Below, one piece after another: positions 1 to 8,048 of a stretch of DNA of 13,641 nucleotides (positions are counted from its first letter, which is position 1; each line of letters starts with the position of its first letter). The notes under the pieces are model-generated. The model had not been told where the DNA came from, searched no databases, and saw nothing but the letters and a program-made list of their open reading frames with translations. Source of the DNA: a bacterium (GTDB lineage Bacteria; Babelota; Babeliae; Babelales; JAUWHS01); assembly GCA_043818275.1 (NCBI GenBank), contig JBDRFY010000021.1, positions 1 through 13,641 on the forward strand, given 5' to 3'. The position numbers and the translations under genes were made by a program.

Positions 1-1229
1 AAATTTTTAATAATATCCTTTTTTCTATCAGCTAATATTTTTTTTAATTGGTCAACTTCTACTGCTTTTAAATTTTTAGAAACTTCATCTTTATCAAAAA
101 AACCTCCTACTATAGATTCTTTATCACTTACTTGATTCAATGCTCTATTCAATAACAATTTATCTATGTTCGGTAAATTTTTTAATATTTCATTAATAGC
201 CTCTATCTTATTTTTCATTAAAGAAAAACTTCTTTTAGAAAGCCCATATTTTGATTCATAATATGTTTTATATTCGCCTGTTATAGTTGATGGTACTCGT
301 ATAATTTGTTCAAACACAACACATTCACCTGGTATGAAACCCGCAAATGAAACTTCTCGTTCAGATAAAATATTATTAGAAAAATGCGTGAAAATTTTTA
401 TTTTTTTATTTGCATGTCCATAAACAACAAAATATGGATCTAATTCTTTTATTTTAGAACTATCAATAAGAATAATATAAATTTTACCTAAATAAGGATG
501 CTTTGCTTTTCCATTTTCATCATACCATGGATCAAGAAGTTTTACGCCATCTCCAATAAATTTTTGCCCATAAGCGTATTTTCCAGCATGACGAAAAGAT
601 TCAGATGTAGAAACTTGTGGATTTTTATTTGACTTAAAACCTAAATTTTTTAGTTGAGCATGAAATTTATTATATTGATTTGTGTATAATTGCTGAAATT
701 TATTTCTTTGATCTTTCGTTAATTTATTTATTTGTTTTTTTAATTCTTCAGAAACAGTTAACAAAGAATTAAGAATTTCTTCATCATCTAAATTTATATC
801 TTCTTTAATATTCAAATTTGCAAGATCATATGTCGCTGTCGAAAAGATCGGCTTTTCAATTTCAGATGATCTTCTAAGCTTAGATATTTGCTGTTTTCCA
901 AAATTATTTGGCGAAAAATGAATACCTCGATAAAAAACAATACATCGTTTCCCCTGGTATCCCGATATTTTTAAATTATCACAACCTTTATATTTATAAT
1001 TTTCTTCATCTTCTGAATCTGATTGAGAAAAATCTTCTTCACCAGAATCGCCGCTATCAATTTCTCCATCTAAATCCGAATCGTATCCCTGATCAGAAAT
1101 ACTTAATTTTTGAAAATCAACAGACAATTCGGGCTCTTTTTTTTGATTGTCATTTGGAACCATCGAAAAAAGAGAACAAGAAAAAAATAAAAATATGAAA
1201 TTTAGGAAAATTAAACGAAATAACCTCAT
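1..1229 (-). CDS. Secreted putative ADP-ribosyltransferase toxin/effector, R-S-E (cholera toxin-like) clade; partial, runs off the left edge
   Basis: Manual translation: ATG at 1229 with GGAGG RBS at 1236-1240, no stop down to base 1 (>409 aa). Begins MRLFRLIFLNFIFLFFSCSLFSM (signal peptide-like), then an acidic linker, VFYRG (R101), NPQVSTSE (S207-T-S209) and SEREVSFAGFIP (E290-x-E292), resembling cholera toxin A1 EQEVSALGGIP. Absent from the ORF track, probably because no stop codon lies in the window. Confidence 0.75.
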   Translation of the reverse strand, partial: MRLFRLIFLNFIFLFFSCSLFSMVPNDNQKKEPELSVDFQKLSISDQGYDSDLDGEIDSGDSGEEDFSQSDSEDEENYKYKGCDNLKISGYQGKRCIVFYRGIHFSPNNFGKQQISKLRRSSEIEKPIFSTATYDLANLNIKEDINLDDEEILNSLLTVSEELKKQINKLTKDQRNKFQQLYTNQYNKFHAQLKNLGFKSNKNPQVSTSESFRHAGKYAYGQKFIGDGVKLLDPWYDENGKAKHPYLGKIYIILIDSSKIKELDPYFVVYGHANKKIKIFTHFSNNILSEREVSFAGFIPGECVVFEQIIRVPSTITGEYKTYYESKYGLSKRSFSLMKNKIEAINEILKNLPNIDKLLLNRALNQVSDKESIVGGFFDKDEVSKNLKAVEVDQLKKILADRKKDIIKN

Positions 1230-1361
1230 ATCTAACCTCCATTAATATTTTTTAAAAAATCTTCATATATTCAAGATTACAGATTGAAAAATTTTATGCA
1301 AAAGCCCTTATGTTTCTTTTCGCAAAAAACAACGTTTTTTGCTGTTTTTTAATAAAAAAAC

Positions 1362-2063
1362 CTAATTTCCACCTATTTTTAACGCTAGCCCATCCCAGGC
1401 TAAAAAGGCTTTTTTATTAATTTTTTGAATCTCTTTTTGGGCCTTTTCATGATTTGGCACTCTTCGACCAATTTGTGTAAAATATATTTTTTTAATTTTC
1501 CAGTTTTTGCAAAGGGTTAAAAAACCTTTAATTGACTGATGACCAAATACTGTAAAATTCCAGCCGGCGCCATCAACAATTGCAACATCAGTATTTTTAA
1601 AATATTTTTCATTTTTTTTAGGTATTATTTTAAAATCTGACGCATAAACGATTTTTTTGCCTGCAAAACTTATCCGGTATCCATAAGTTGTAAAATCTTT
1701 TGCATGCTCAACTTCAAAACATTCAATTTTAAATCCATCAATTTTATGAATTTTTGAAATATTAACAAATTGAAGTTGTTTTACCGGATATCGTTTTTCT
1801 AATTCAGAATATAATTTTTGAGTTGTAAGTAATTTAATATTTTTAATTAATCTCAGACCACCCGCAGCATCCCGATGCGCGTGAGTTATTAACAAGTAAT
1901 CCGGTTTAATTTTTTTTAATTGTTTTTGCACACTGGGTGTGCAATCTATCATAATTTTTATATCACCATGTGTGATTAAAACCGAAGATTGTAATCGGTT
2001 ACTTTTTCCTTTTTTATCAGTAATTGGATTATTTGGTCCGGTACCTAAAAATTTAATTAACAT
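1362..2063 (-). CDS. MBL-fold metallo-hydrolase (PhnP/Lactamase_B_2-like)
   Basis: N-terminal FLGTG, MIDC, THAHRDA (HxHxDH-like, last His replaced), VEH, YASD and GH motifs. Confidence 0.85.
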   Translation of the reverse strand: MLIKFLGTGPNNPITDKKGKSNRLQSSVLITHGDIKIMIDCTPSVQKQLKKIKPDYLLITHAHRDAAGGLRLIKNIKLLTTQKLYSELEKRYPVKQLQFVNISKIHKIDGFKIECFEVEHAKDFTTYGYRISFAGKKIVYASDFKIIPKKNEKYFKNTDVAIVDGAGWNFTVFGHQSIKGFLTLCKNWKIKKIYFTQIGRRVPNHEKAQKEIQKINKKAFLAWDGLALKIGGN

Positions 2064-2090
2064 TTACAATCCATTTACATAAAAAATTAA

Positions 2091-2113
2091 GGCGCCAGTT
2101 TTTATCTGGCGCC
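2091..2113 (-). terminator. Probable intrinsic terminator downstream of the small membrane protein gene
   Basis: 8-bp stem GGCGCCAG/CTGGCGCC with 7-nt loop, followed by TTAATTTTTT on the minus strand. Confidence 0.65.
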
Positions 2114-2132
2114 ATTTTCACTACAATTTATT

Positions 2133-2399
2133 TTACTTAATCCTTTTCAAAACCATGTTATGAACCCAGGCAAACAACCCTAAAATAACAGCTCCATGAA
2201 TCATACCATAGATTAATCCAACAATTGCGCCTATAAATGTTGCGGCAAAACCAGGATGACCTGTTACCAATAATTCAAACACCTGATTGCTAAAACCAAA
2301 AAAGGCAATACTTTGCATTGCCAAAATGGCTGCAATAAAAAAATATACTCCGCCAAAAATTGCTCCTGTTACAGCAAAAGCTTTTACACTCAATTCCAT
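2133..2399 (-). CDS. Small membrane protein, 88 aa (resembles the DUF5676 / putative holin-like family)
   Basis: Start moved from 2441 to ATG 2399 because AGGAG lies at 2407-2411. Two hydrophobic Gly-rich segments and C-terminal GLFAWVHN. Family assignment is from recalled pattern only. Confidence 0.65.
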   Translation of the reverse strand: MELSVKAFAVTGAIFGGVYFFIAAILAMQSIAFFGFSNQVFELLVTGHPGFAATFIGAIVGLIYGMIHGAVILGLFAWVHNMVLKRIK

Positions 2400-2561
2400 A
2401 CAATTTCTCCTTTTTTGAAAAAAATTATAAAAACACCACACAGAAATGGTTAACTATATTTTTTAAAAAAGTAAACAATTTAAGTTAATTCTTTATTTCA
2501 AGGTGATTAATTATTAAAATGTTGTTTATTTTATAAATTTAAAAAAAAGGAACGATAAAAA

Positions 2562-3701
2562 ATGTTAAAAAAAAATTTATCTTTTTTAATTCTCACATCT
2601 CTTTTTGCGTTAGCAATTTTTGTAGTAACTCAAAAAAAACCTTTTCGTAAACTAAATTTACCCTCAATACATAAAAAAGAAGTTAAAACAGCAAAAGCAA
2701 TAAATAAAGATACTTCGTTTAAAAATCTTCCAGTTGTAAAAATTATTACAACCGGTGGAACAATTGCAGAAAAAATTGATCCTAAAACTGGTGGGGCTGT
2801 TCCTGCTGTATCTGGTCAAGATTTAATTGATGCCGTTCCGGGACTGTCAAAACTTGCATATGTTAAAGTTGTAAATTTTTCAAATATCGACAGTTCACAA
2901 ATGACTCCTGAAATCTGGGCTCGGTTAAGTAAAAAAGTTGATGAAATTTTAAGTGATCCTGAAGTAAAAGGTGCCGTTGTAACTCATGGAACAGATACAA
3001 TGTCTGAAGGTTCTTATTTCTTAGAATTAACATTAAAAAATGATAAACCTGTTGTTTTTGTTGGCGCAATGCGCGATGCTTCTGATTTATCTCCCGATGG
3101 TCCAGCAAATATTTTAAATGCTGTCACACAAGTTTTATCTCCCAACGCGCAAAATTGGGGCGTAACAGTTTCATTAAATCAATACATTAATGCAGCAAGA
3201 GATGTAAGAAAAACACAAACTTCAAATGTTCAAACATTTGATTCAGGCGAAAAAGGTTATCTCGGCTACATTAACATGGGGCAAGTTGTAAGATTTAACG
3301 ATCGGCGCAAAAAACAAAAATTTCCTATACCAAATAAACTTCCTGATGTTGTAATTCTTTCAGATTACGCGGGCTCAGATGGAAGATTTATTCGTCATGC
3401 AGTTGATTCTGGCATTGACGGAATTGTTGTTGAAGCAGTCGGGGCAGGAAATGTTAATGAAAAAATGTATCAGGCAATTAAATACGCATTAGGAAAAAAT
3501 ATTCCTGTGGTTATTACAACTCGGGTTTATCATGGAAAAGTGCTACCTGTTTACGGTGATCTTGGTGGTGGAAAAATACTACAAGACGAAGGGGCAATTT
3601 TAGGTAATGATTTAGTTACTGCAAAGGCCAGATTACTTTTAATGCTTGCAATTCCACAGGCGGGTGGAGATAAAGAAAAATTAAAAAGTTTTTTTGAGTA
3701 A
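2562..3701 (+). CDS. ansB: L-asparaginase (type II-like, N-terminal signal/anchor)
   Basis: Catalytic motifs TGGTIA and HGTDT, plus NIDSSQM, VGAMR, GAGN and KARLLLML. Hydrophobic N-terminus. The ansB rather than ansA label is inferred from the signal/anchor. Confidence 0.9.
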   Translation: MLKKNLSFLILTSLFALAIFVVTQKKPFRKLNLPSIHKKEVKTAKAINKDTSFKNLPVVKIITTGGTIAEKIDPKTGGAVPAVSGQDLIDAVPGLSKLAYVKVVNFSNIDSSQMTPEIWARLSKKVDEILSDPEVKGAVVTHGTDTMSEGSYFLELTLKNDKPVVFVGAMRDASDLSPDGPANILNAVTQVLSPNAQNWGVTVSLNQYINAARDVRKTQTSNVQTFDSGEKGYLGYINMGQVVRFNDRRKKQKFPIPNKLPDVVILSDYAGSDGRFIRHAVDSGIDGIVVEAVGAGNVNEKMYQAIKYALGKNIPVVITTRVYHGKVLPVYGDLGGGKILQDEGAILGNDLVTAKARLLLMLAIPQAGGDKEKLKSFFE

Positions 3702-3804
3702 ATAACATTATTGATAAAGCTTTTATTTGATCAATTTTTCCATCGACTCATTTTTTAATCTCTATAAAATAATCAACATTAATTAAATCAAAAGGGATGA
3801 AGAA

Positions 3805-5787
3805 ATGAGTAAAAAAAAATTTTTCTATTTTGCCTTAATACCAATTTTAGCCTACTTATTTATAAGTTTTTTTATCGTCAAAGATTACGGAATCATGATT
3901 GATGATCCGGAACAATTTGGAGTTGGACATAAAAATCTTAATTATTATGTAACAGGAAAACTTGATTATAAAAATGATGAACCTGAAATTAAAGATCATC
4001 CCAATTTTTATAATTATATCGTAAAAACCAGACCCCATCATGTCTGGCCATTTACCCCAATGCTATCTGCGGCCACATGTAAACTATTTTTTGAAAAACT
4101 AAATTGCCTTCCTCCAATTCCAGCACATCATTTTATAATTCCAATATTAACCGCTATGTTTTTTTTATTATTTTTCTTTTTTGTTCGCAGATGGTGGGGA
4201 AATCTTGCTGGTATATGCGCAATTTTACTTTTAATGACCTTGCCCAGATTTTTTGGACATAGCTTATCAAATATAAAAGATTTGCCTGAAGTTTTATTCT
4301 TCAGTCTAACAATTATGTATTTTATGGATTGGTATTTATGGAACCGCTCTAATCCTTCGACTTCGCTCCCTACTTCGCCAAGGCTTCGCAGGGCAGGCAG
4401 GACGAGCGGAATTCAAAGTTTTTTTTCAAACATAATAAATAAATTTAAATATCAACCAAAGAACAAAACTTTTACATCAAAAACAAAAAACCCCGCCCCG
4501 CTCGTCCTCACTTCGACTCGCTTACACTCGATCAGTATGAGCGCAAGACATCTTCGGTCCGATCATTCTGAGGGTAGCACAGCGAAATCGAAGAAAGGAT
4601 ATCAACATACAAAATATCTTTACCTATCATTTCTTTTCTTCGGCCTTGCATTTGCAACTAAAGCTGATGCTATTTTTGTAATTCCAATTCTTGGTTTGTG
4701 GTTATTACCAGATTTGATAAATGGGTTAATAAAAAACGGCTCAATTAAATTGAGAACATTGTTTCATTTTTGTGTTGGTGGATTAATATCTTTTTTCTTT
4801 ATTTTCTTTACCTACCCTCAACTTCAACCATGGTACTACAAAAGTAATTACGATTTTTTAGTTCAGGCTCCAAAATTTATTTATACTCTTGCGCGTTATG
4901 TTATTGGAATTGGTGGCGATATTGATTCAAGATGGAATCTTTATTCAATTAAGCAAATTTTTTATACAACACCTGTTTTAATACTTTTATTTTTTACAAT
5001 CGGATTTTTGTTCTTACTTACAAACCTAAAACAAAAAAAAAGCTCCGCTCGCCCTGCCTGCCCTGCGAAGCCTTGGCGAAGTAGGGAGCGTAGTCGAAGG
5101 GTAAACCTTATTTTGCTTATCTGGCTACTATTACCCATCTTGCGCCACTGCATGCCAAAAGTAAATCACTACGATGGCTTGCGGCATTTTATGGTTTTTA
5201 TGGTTCCATTTATAATTATTACAACAATTGGAATTATAAATTTTGCTAAATTCATTTCGAAAAAATTAAATTTAAAACAAAACATAACTGAAATAATTTT
5301 TCTAATTATTGTGCTCATACCAAATATTTATTCCGTAATCACACTACATCCATATCAAACAACTTTTTATAATAAAATTATTGGGGGGCTTGGTGACGCG
5401 CAAAAAAAAGATATTCCATTTAGCTCTGATTATTGGTTTAATTCAAATCTGGAACTTGGTCAATGGATCAATAAAAATGCAAAACAAAACGCAAATATTC
5501 ACGGACCATTTATTGATTATTATTTAAACCCTTCGAGATGCTCCCAGCTTCACCAAGGTTTCGCAGGGCAAGCAGGGCGAACGGGAGATTTAAAAATAAT
5601 TAATTTAGATAAAAAAGATGAAATTCCCCAAAATACATACATTGTTGAAATACCAAGACGCTGGTATCGGTTAGATCAAAAAATCCCATTAATTTCTGAT
5701 CTAATTCCTGAAATTAAAAATTTAGAAATTGTTTATCAAATCAAAAGACAAAACGGAATAATCGGAACAATTTATTATAAAAAATAG
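3805..5787 (+). CDS. ArnT/PMT-like (GT-C fold) membrane glycosyltransferase carrying palindromic repeat insertions in an intact frame
   Basis: Acidic DDPE motif after the first TM, PRFFGHSLSNIKD, GLAFATK, YDGLRHF and many TM segments. Four Arg/Ser/Pro-rich stretches coincide with GC-rich repeats. Confidence 0.85.
   Translation: MSKKKFFYFALIPILAYLFISFFIVKDYGIMIDDPEQFGVGHKNLNYYVTGKLDYKNDEPEIKDHPNFYNYIVKTRPHHVWPFTPMLSAATCKLFFEKLNCLPPIPAHHFIIPILTAMFFLLFFFFVRRWWGNLAGICAILLLMTLPRFFGHSLSNIKDLPEVLFFSLTIMYFMDWYLWNRSNPSTSLPTSPRLRRAGRTSGIQSFFSNIINKFKYQPKNKTFTSKTKNPAPLVLTSTRLHSISMSARHLRSDHSEGSTAKSKKGYQHTKYLYLSFLFFGLAFATKADAIFVIPILGLWLLPDLINGLIKNGSIKLRTLFHFCVGGLISFFFIFFTYPQLQPWYYKSNYDFLVQAPKFIYTLARYVIGIGGDIDSRWNLYSIKQIFYTTPVLILLFFTIGFLFLLTNLKQKKSSARPACPAKPWRSRERSRRVNLILLIWLLLPILRHCMPKVNHYDGLRHFMVFMVPFIIITTIGIINFAKFISKKLNLKQNITEIIFLIIVLIPNIYSVITLHPYQTTFYNKIIGGLGDAQKKDIPFSSDYWFNSNLELGQWINKNAKQNANIHGPFIDYYLNPSRCSQLHQGFAGQAGRTGDLKIINLDKKDEIPQNTYIVEIPRRWYRLDQKIPLISDLIPEIKNLEIVYQIKRQNGIIGTIYYKK
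4344..4410 (+). repeat. Palindromic REP-like element, copy 1 (forward), inside the GT CDS
   Basis: CCGCTC...GAGCGG closing stem. 57-bp core 4354-4410 is 65% GC (37/57) and 55/57 identical to the reverse complement of 5044-5100. Confidence 0.9.
4498..4600 (-). repeat. Composite REP-like element, copy 2 (inverted partner of copy 1), inside the GT CDS
   Basis: CCGCTCGTCCT (4498-4508) is the exact reverse complement of 4399-4409. AAGGAT (4595-4600) mirrors ATCCTT (4352-4357). Contains further CTTCG/CGAAG sub-elements. Confidence 0.75.
5044..5100 (-). repeat. Palindromic REP-like element, copy 3 (reverse), inside the GT CDS
   Basis: Reverse complement of copy 1 with 2 mismatches; translated here as SARPACPAKPWRSRERSRR. 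Confidence 0.9.
5530..5585 (+). repeat. Diverged REP-like element, copy 4 (forward), inside the GT CDS
   Basis: About 47/57 identical to the reverse complement of copy 3 by hand alignment; translated as PSRCSQLHQGFAGQAGRTG. Confidence 0.85.
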
Positions 5788-5809
5788 GTGTTGCATTTTG
5801 CAACACCTA
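5785..5809. terminator. Probable bidirectional terminator between convergent GT and MutS-like genes
   Basis: 11-bp perfect stem TAGGTGTTGCA/TGCAACACCTA with TTT loop and AT-rich flanks. Confidence 0.75.
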
Positions 5810-5818
5810 ATTAAATTA

Positions 5819-7882
5819 TTACGCAGCAACTGAAGACTCAACAACCTTATTATTATTCATCGCCTCATGAGCTTCTCTTAAAATGTCACTATCAAAACCG
5901 GATTGACGTAATAAATCTAGAGCTATTTTTTGATCAGTAAGACCTTGCTCAAGTTTGTATGTAAATTTGATATTTCCATATTCATCTTTATTTACATAAA
6001 CTTTGTAATTTTTACATACCCCATCGGTATCTTTTTCCAGTCTGCCTAATTGCGTAACAAAGTGTGTTGCGTTTATAGATAAATGATGATTTAATCTGGA
6101 GAGTTTTTTCAAAATACCATAAGCGGCAGCTGAACCTTCTTCAGGATTTGTTCCTGTAAAAACTTCATCCATTATTATAAAACTAAACTGATTTGGTTGT
6201 AGTTCTGAAACCATATCGATAAGTTTTTTTGCTCTATTCATTTCGGCCTGAAATAGTGATTCCTGACCAACCGCATCAGTAATATTTAGATATGTATTCA
6301 TCAAAGTAAACGGTGTCAATTTTATTTGATTTGCCGGAGCGATACCAAAAGATTGCGCAAAAATAAGATTGATTGTTATAGCCTTAAGAACCGTAGACTT
6401 ACCACCAGCATTAGGCCCCGTTAAAATAATATTTCTGTTGGTTTTCCCAATTTCAAGATTATTTGTAATAACTTTATCTACATCTAATTCCGGATGCCAA
6501 AATTCTTTAATTTCAAATGTCGGTTTATCTAATTCCAGATATTCAACAAATGAGTATTTTGCATTTTCTTTTTTTTCGTATTTTTTGAAAAGCTTTGCAA
6601 TAGACATATAAGCGTCAAGTCGCCCAACAGATCTTAACTGACTAATCAATTGATCCTTAACTTCATACATTTTTTTGTAAGCCGCCAAAATTTTTCCATT
6701 CAAACTAAACATGGAATATTTCTTTTTAAATGTTCTGGTACTTAAAGTTTTAAAAAACTTATTAACTTCTACATCATCTTGAACTAAACCTGGTAACATA
6801 TTTTTAATCACATCATAATTCAAAGTTTTATTTGAAATATTTTGAACAGAACCTTCCAACTCTGCAACGCAAGACATTTTATTATGAACCCATTTAATTC
6901 TTTCATAATTAGCATTTGCATTGTCATAAATATTATTTACACCAAACATTTTAAACGCGCCGTTAAACAATAAATTAAAACCAAGAGCCCAGGCTCCAGC
7001 TCTAGCCGCAACACTGGCGACAGAAACCCAGGGGGCCCCTAAAGGAATAGCAATAGTCCAACCAAACCAAAAAACAGTTCCCATGGAAGCAATTGAAGGA
7101 ACAGCAGCAGGAAGTATTTGCATATTAATAATATCATGCTTAAATTCCATTGGGGTTTGTTGATTATTCACCCCCTTAAACATTTTATTATTAAAATATA
7201 ATTCGCGTGAAAAATCTGACAATTTACCGTCCTCAAGCACTTTCCAAAACCACGCCAATTCATGTTCATTTTTTTTAATTTGATCCAACTCTTTTTCTAA
7301 AAAATTAAATAACTTTTCGTCTTTAACTAATAAACGAATAATTTCTTGTCGTTTTTTTAATTCCTGAATATTTGCGGTAGGTAAAAACAATATTTTTTGT
7401 AACTCAATTTTTCCCGCTGTAGTAACCGTATTATCAATATGCTTAAATAAATTTTTATTCAAATCAGACTTATCGCCACAAAAAACATTAAGATCATTAA
7501 AAACATTTTTATTAAGAATATTTTGCTCTTTTTTCGTTGAAACAATATTTTTATTACCAGCCTCTCTACCAGAAAGAATGTGATAAAAAAGACGTAATGT
7601 TTCTACGCTACCTATTTTAATTGGTTTCTTTTTAAATTCCTGACCAACTTTTAATTTTGAATTTTCATTAATAACTTTCATCTGAGCTTCAAGTTCTTCT
7701 TTTTCCTGAGCAGCCAAAGTTGGCAAATATAAATCAGCAATATCATTGTAATAATCAAGTCCCTTTTCACTATTTGCTAACTGCGCAACTCCAGCCGGAT
7801 TAATAGATAAAACATCTTTGGCAAATAAACAAGCAAAAGCAAAGACAATAACGTTTTTAAATTTTTTAGAAAAAACAAACAT
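5819..7882 (-). CDS. MutS-related ATPase (domain V plus partial core) with signal peptide and internal hydrophobic segment; paralog 1
   Basis: Walker A GPNAGGKST, ESLFQAEM, Walker B IIMDEVFTGT, ATHF. No recognisable mismatch-binding domain I. Hydrophobic N-terminus. Confidence 0.85.
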   Translation of the reverse strand: MFVFSKKFKNVIVFAFACLFAKDVLSINPAGVAQLANSEKGLDYYNDIADLYLPTLAAQEKEELEAQMKVINENSKLKVGQEFKKKPIKIGSVETLRLFYHILSGREAGNKNIVSTKKEQNILNKNVFNDLNVFCGDKSDLNKNLFKHIDNTVTTAGKIELQKILFLPTANIQELKKRQEIIRLLVKDEKLFNFLEKELDQIKKNEHELAWFWKVLEDGKLSDFSRELYFNNKMFKGVNNQQTPMEFKHDIINMQILPAAVPSIASMGTVFWFGWTIAIPLGAPWVSVASVAARAGAWALGFNLLFNGAFKMFGVNNIYDNANANYERIKWVHNKMSCVAELEGSVQNISNKTLNYDVIKNMLPGLVQDDVEVNKFFKTLSTRTFKKKYSMFSLNGKILAAYKKMYEVKDQLISQLRSVGRLDAYMSIAKLFKKYEKKENAKYSFVEYLELDKPTFEIKEFWHPELDVDKVITNNLEIGKTNRNIILTGPNAGGKSTVLKAITINLIFAQSFGIAPANQIKLTPFTLMNTYLNITDAVGQESLFQAEMNRAKKLIDMVSELQPNQFSFIIMDEVFTGTNPEEGSAAAYGILKKLSRLNHHLSINATHFVTQLGRLEKDTDGVCKNYKVYVNKDEYGNIKFTYKLEQGLTDQKIALDLLRQSGFDSDILREAHEAMNNNKVVESSVAA

Positions 7883-7979
7883 AAACCCACCCCAAAAAAG
7901 AATGATTAAAATTTAAGTAAACACCCCTAAAAAAAGAGTTTTAACTTTATCAAAAAGCAACCCTACTGTAAACAAAAAA

Positions 7980-8011
7980 ACAGGTGGATGCCGCTACCTG
8001 AAACCACCTGT
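7980..8011 (-). terminator. Possible intrinsic terminator after MutS-like paralog 2
   Basis: Stem ACAGGTGG/CCACCTGT with 16-nt loop, followed by a T-run on the minus strand. Confidence 0.55.
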
Positions 8012-8048
8012 AATAAATAACTTACTAAACTATTTCTACAAGAAAAGA

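Noticed and set aside
908..1198. 96-aa plus-strand ORF
   Set aside because: Antisense shadow of the long minus-strand ART-like ORF; TTG start and no recognisable motifs.
2400..2441. 14-aa N-terminal extension of the small membrane protein in the ORF track
   Set aside because: A clear AGGAG RBS precedes ATG 2399, so the upstream start is unlikely.
2863..3108. 81-aa minus-strand ORF
   Set aside because: Antisense within the asparaginase gene.
3856..4041. 61-aa minus-strand ORF
   Set aside because: Antisense within the glycosyltransferase gene.
4962..5153. 63-aa minus-strand ORF sharing QGFAGQAGR with the glycosyltransferase
   Set aside because: The similarity comes from the inverted repeat copy read in the equivalent frame; not an independent gene.
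4344..5585. Repeats as a CRISPR array or as group I/II introns or inteins
   Set aside because: Copies are irregularly spaced, in both orientations and inside a CDS, with no cas genes; they are too short and lack intron or intein motifs.
6369..6611. 80-aa plus-strand ORF
   Set aside because: Antisense within the MutS-like ATPase domain.
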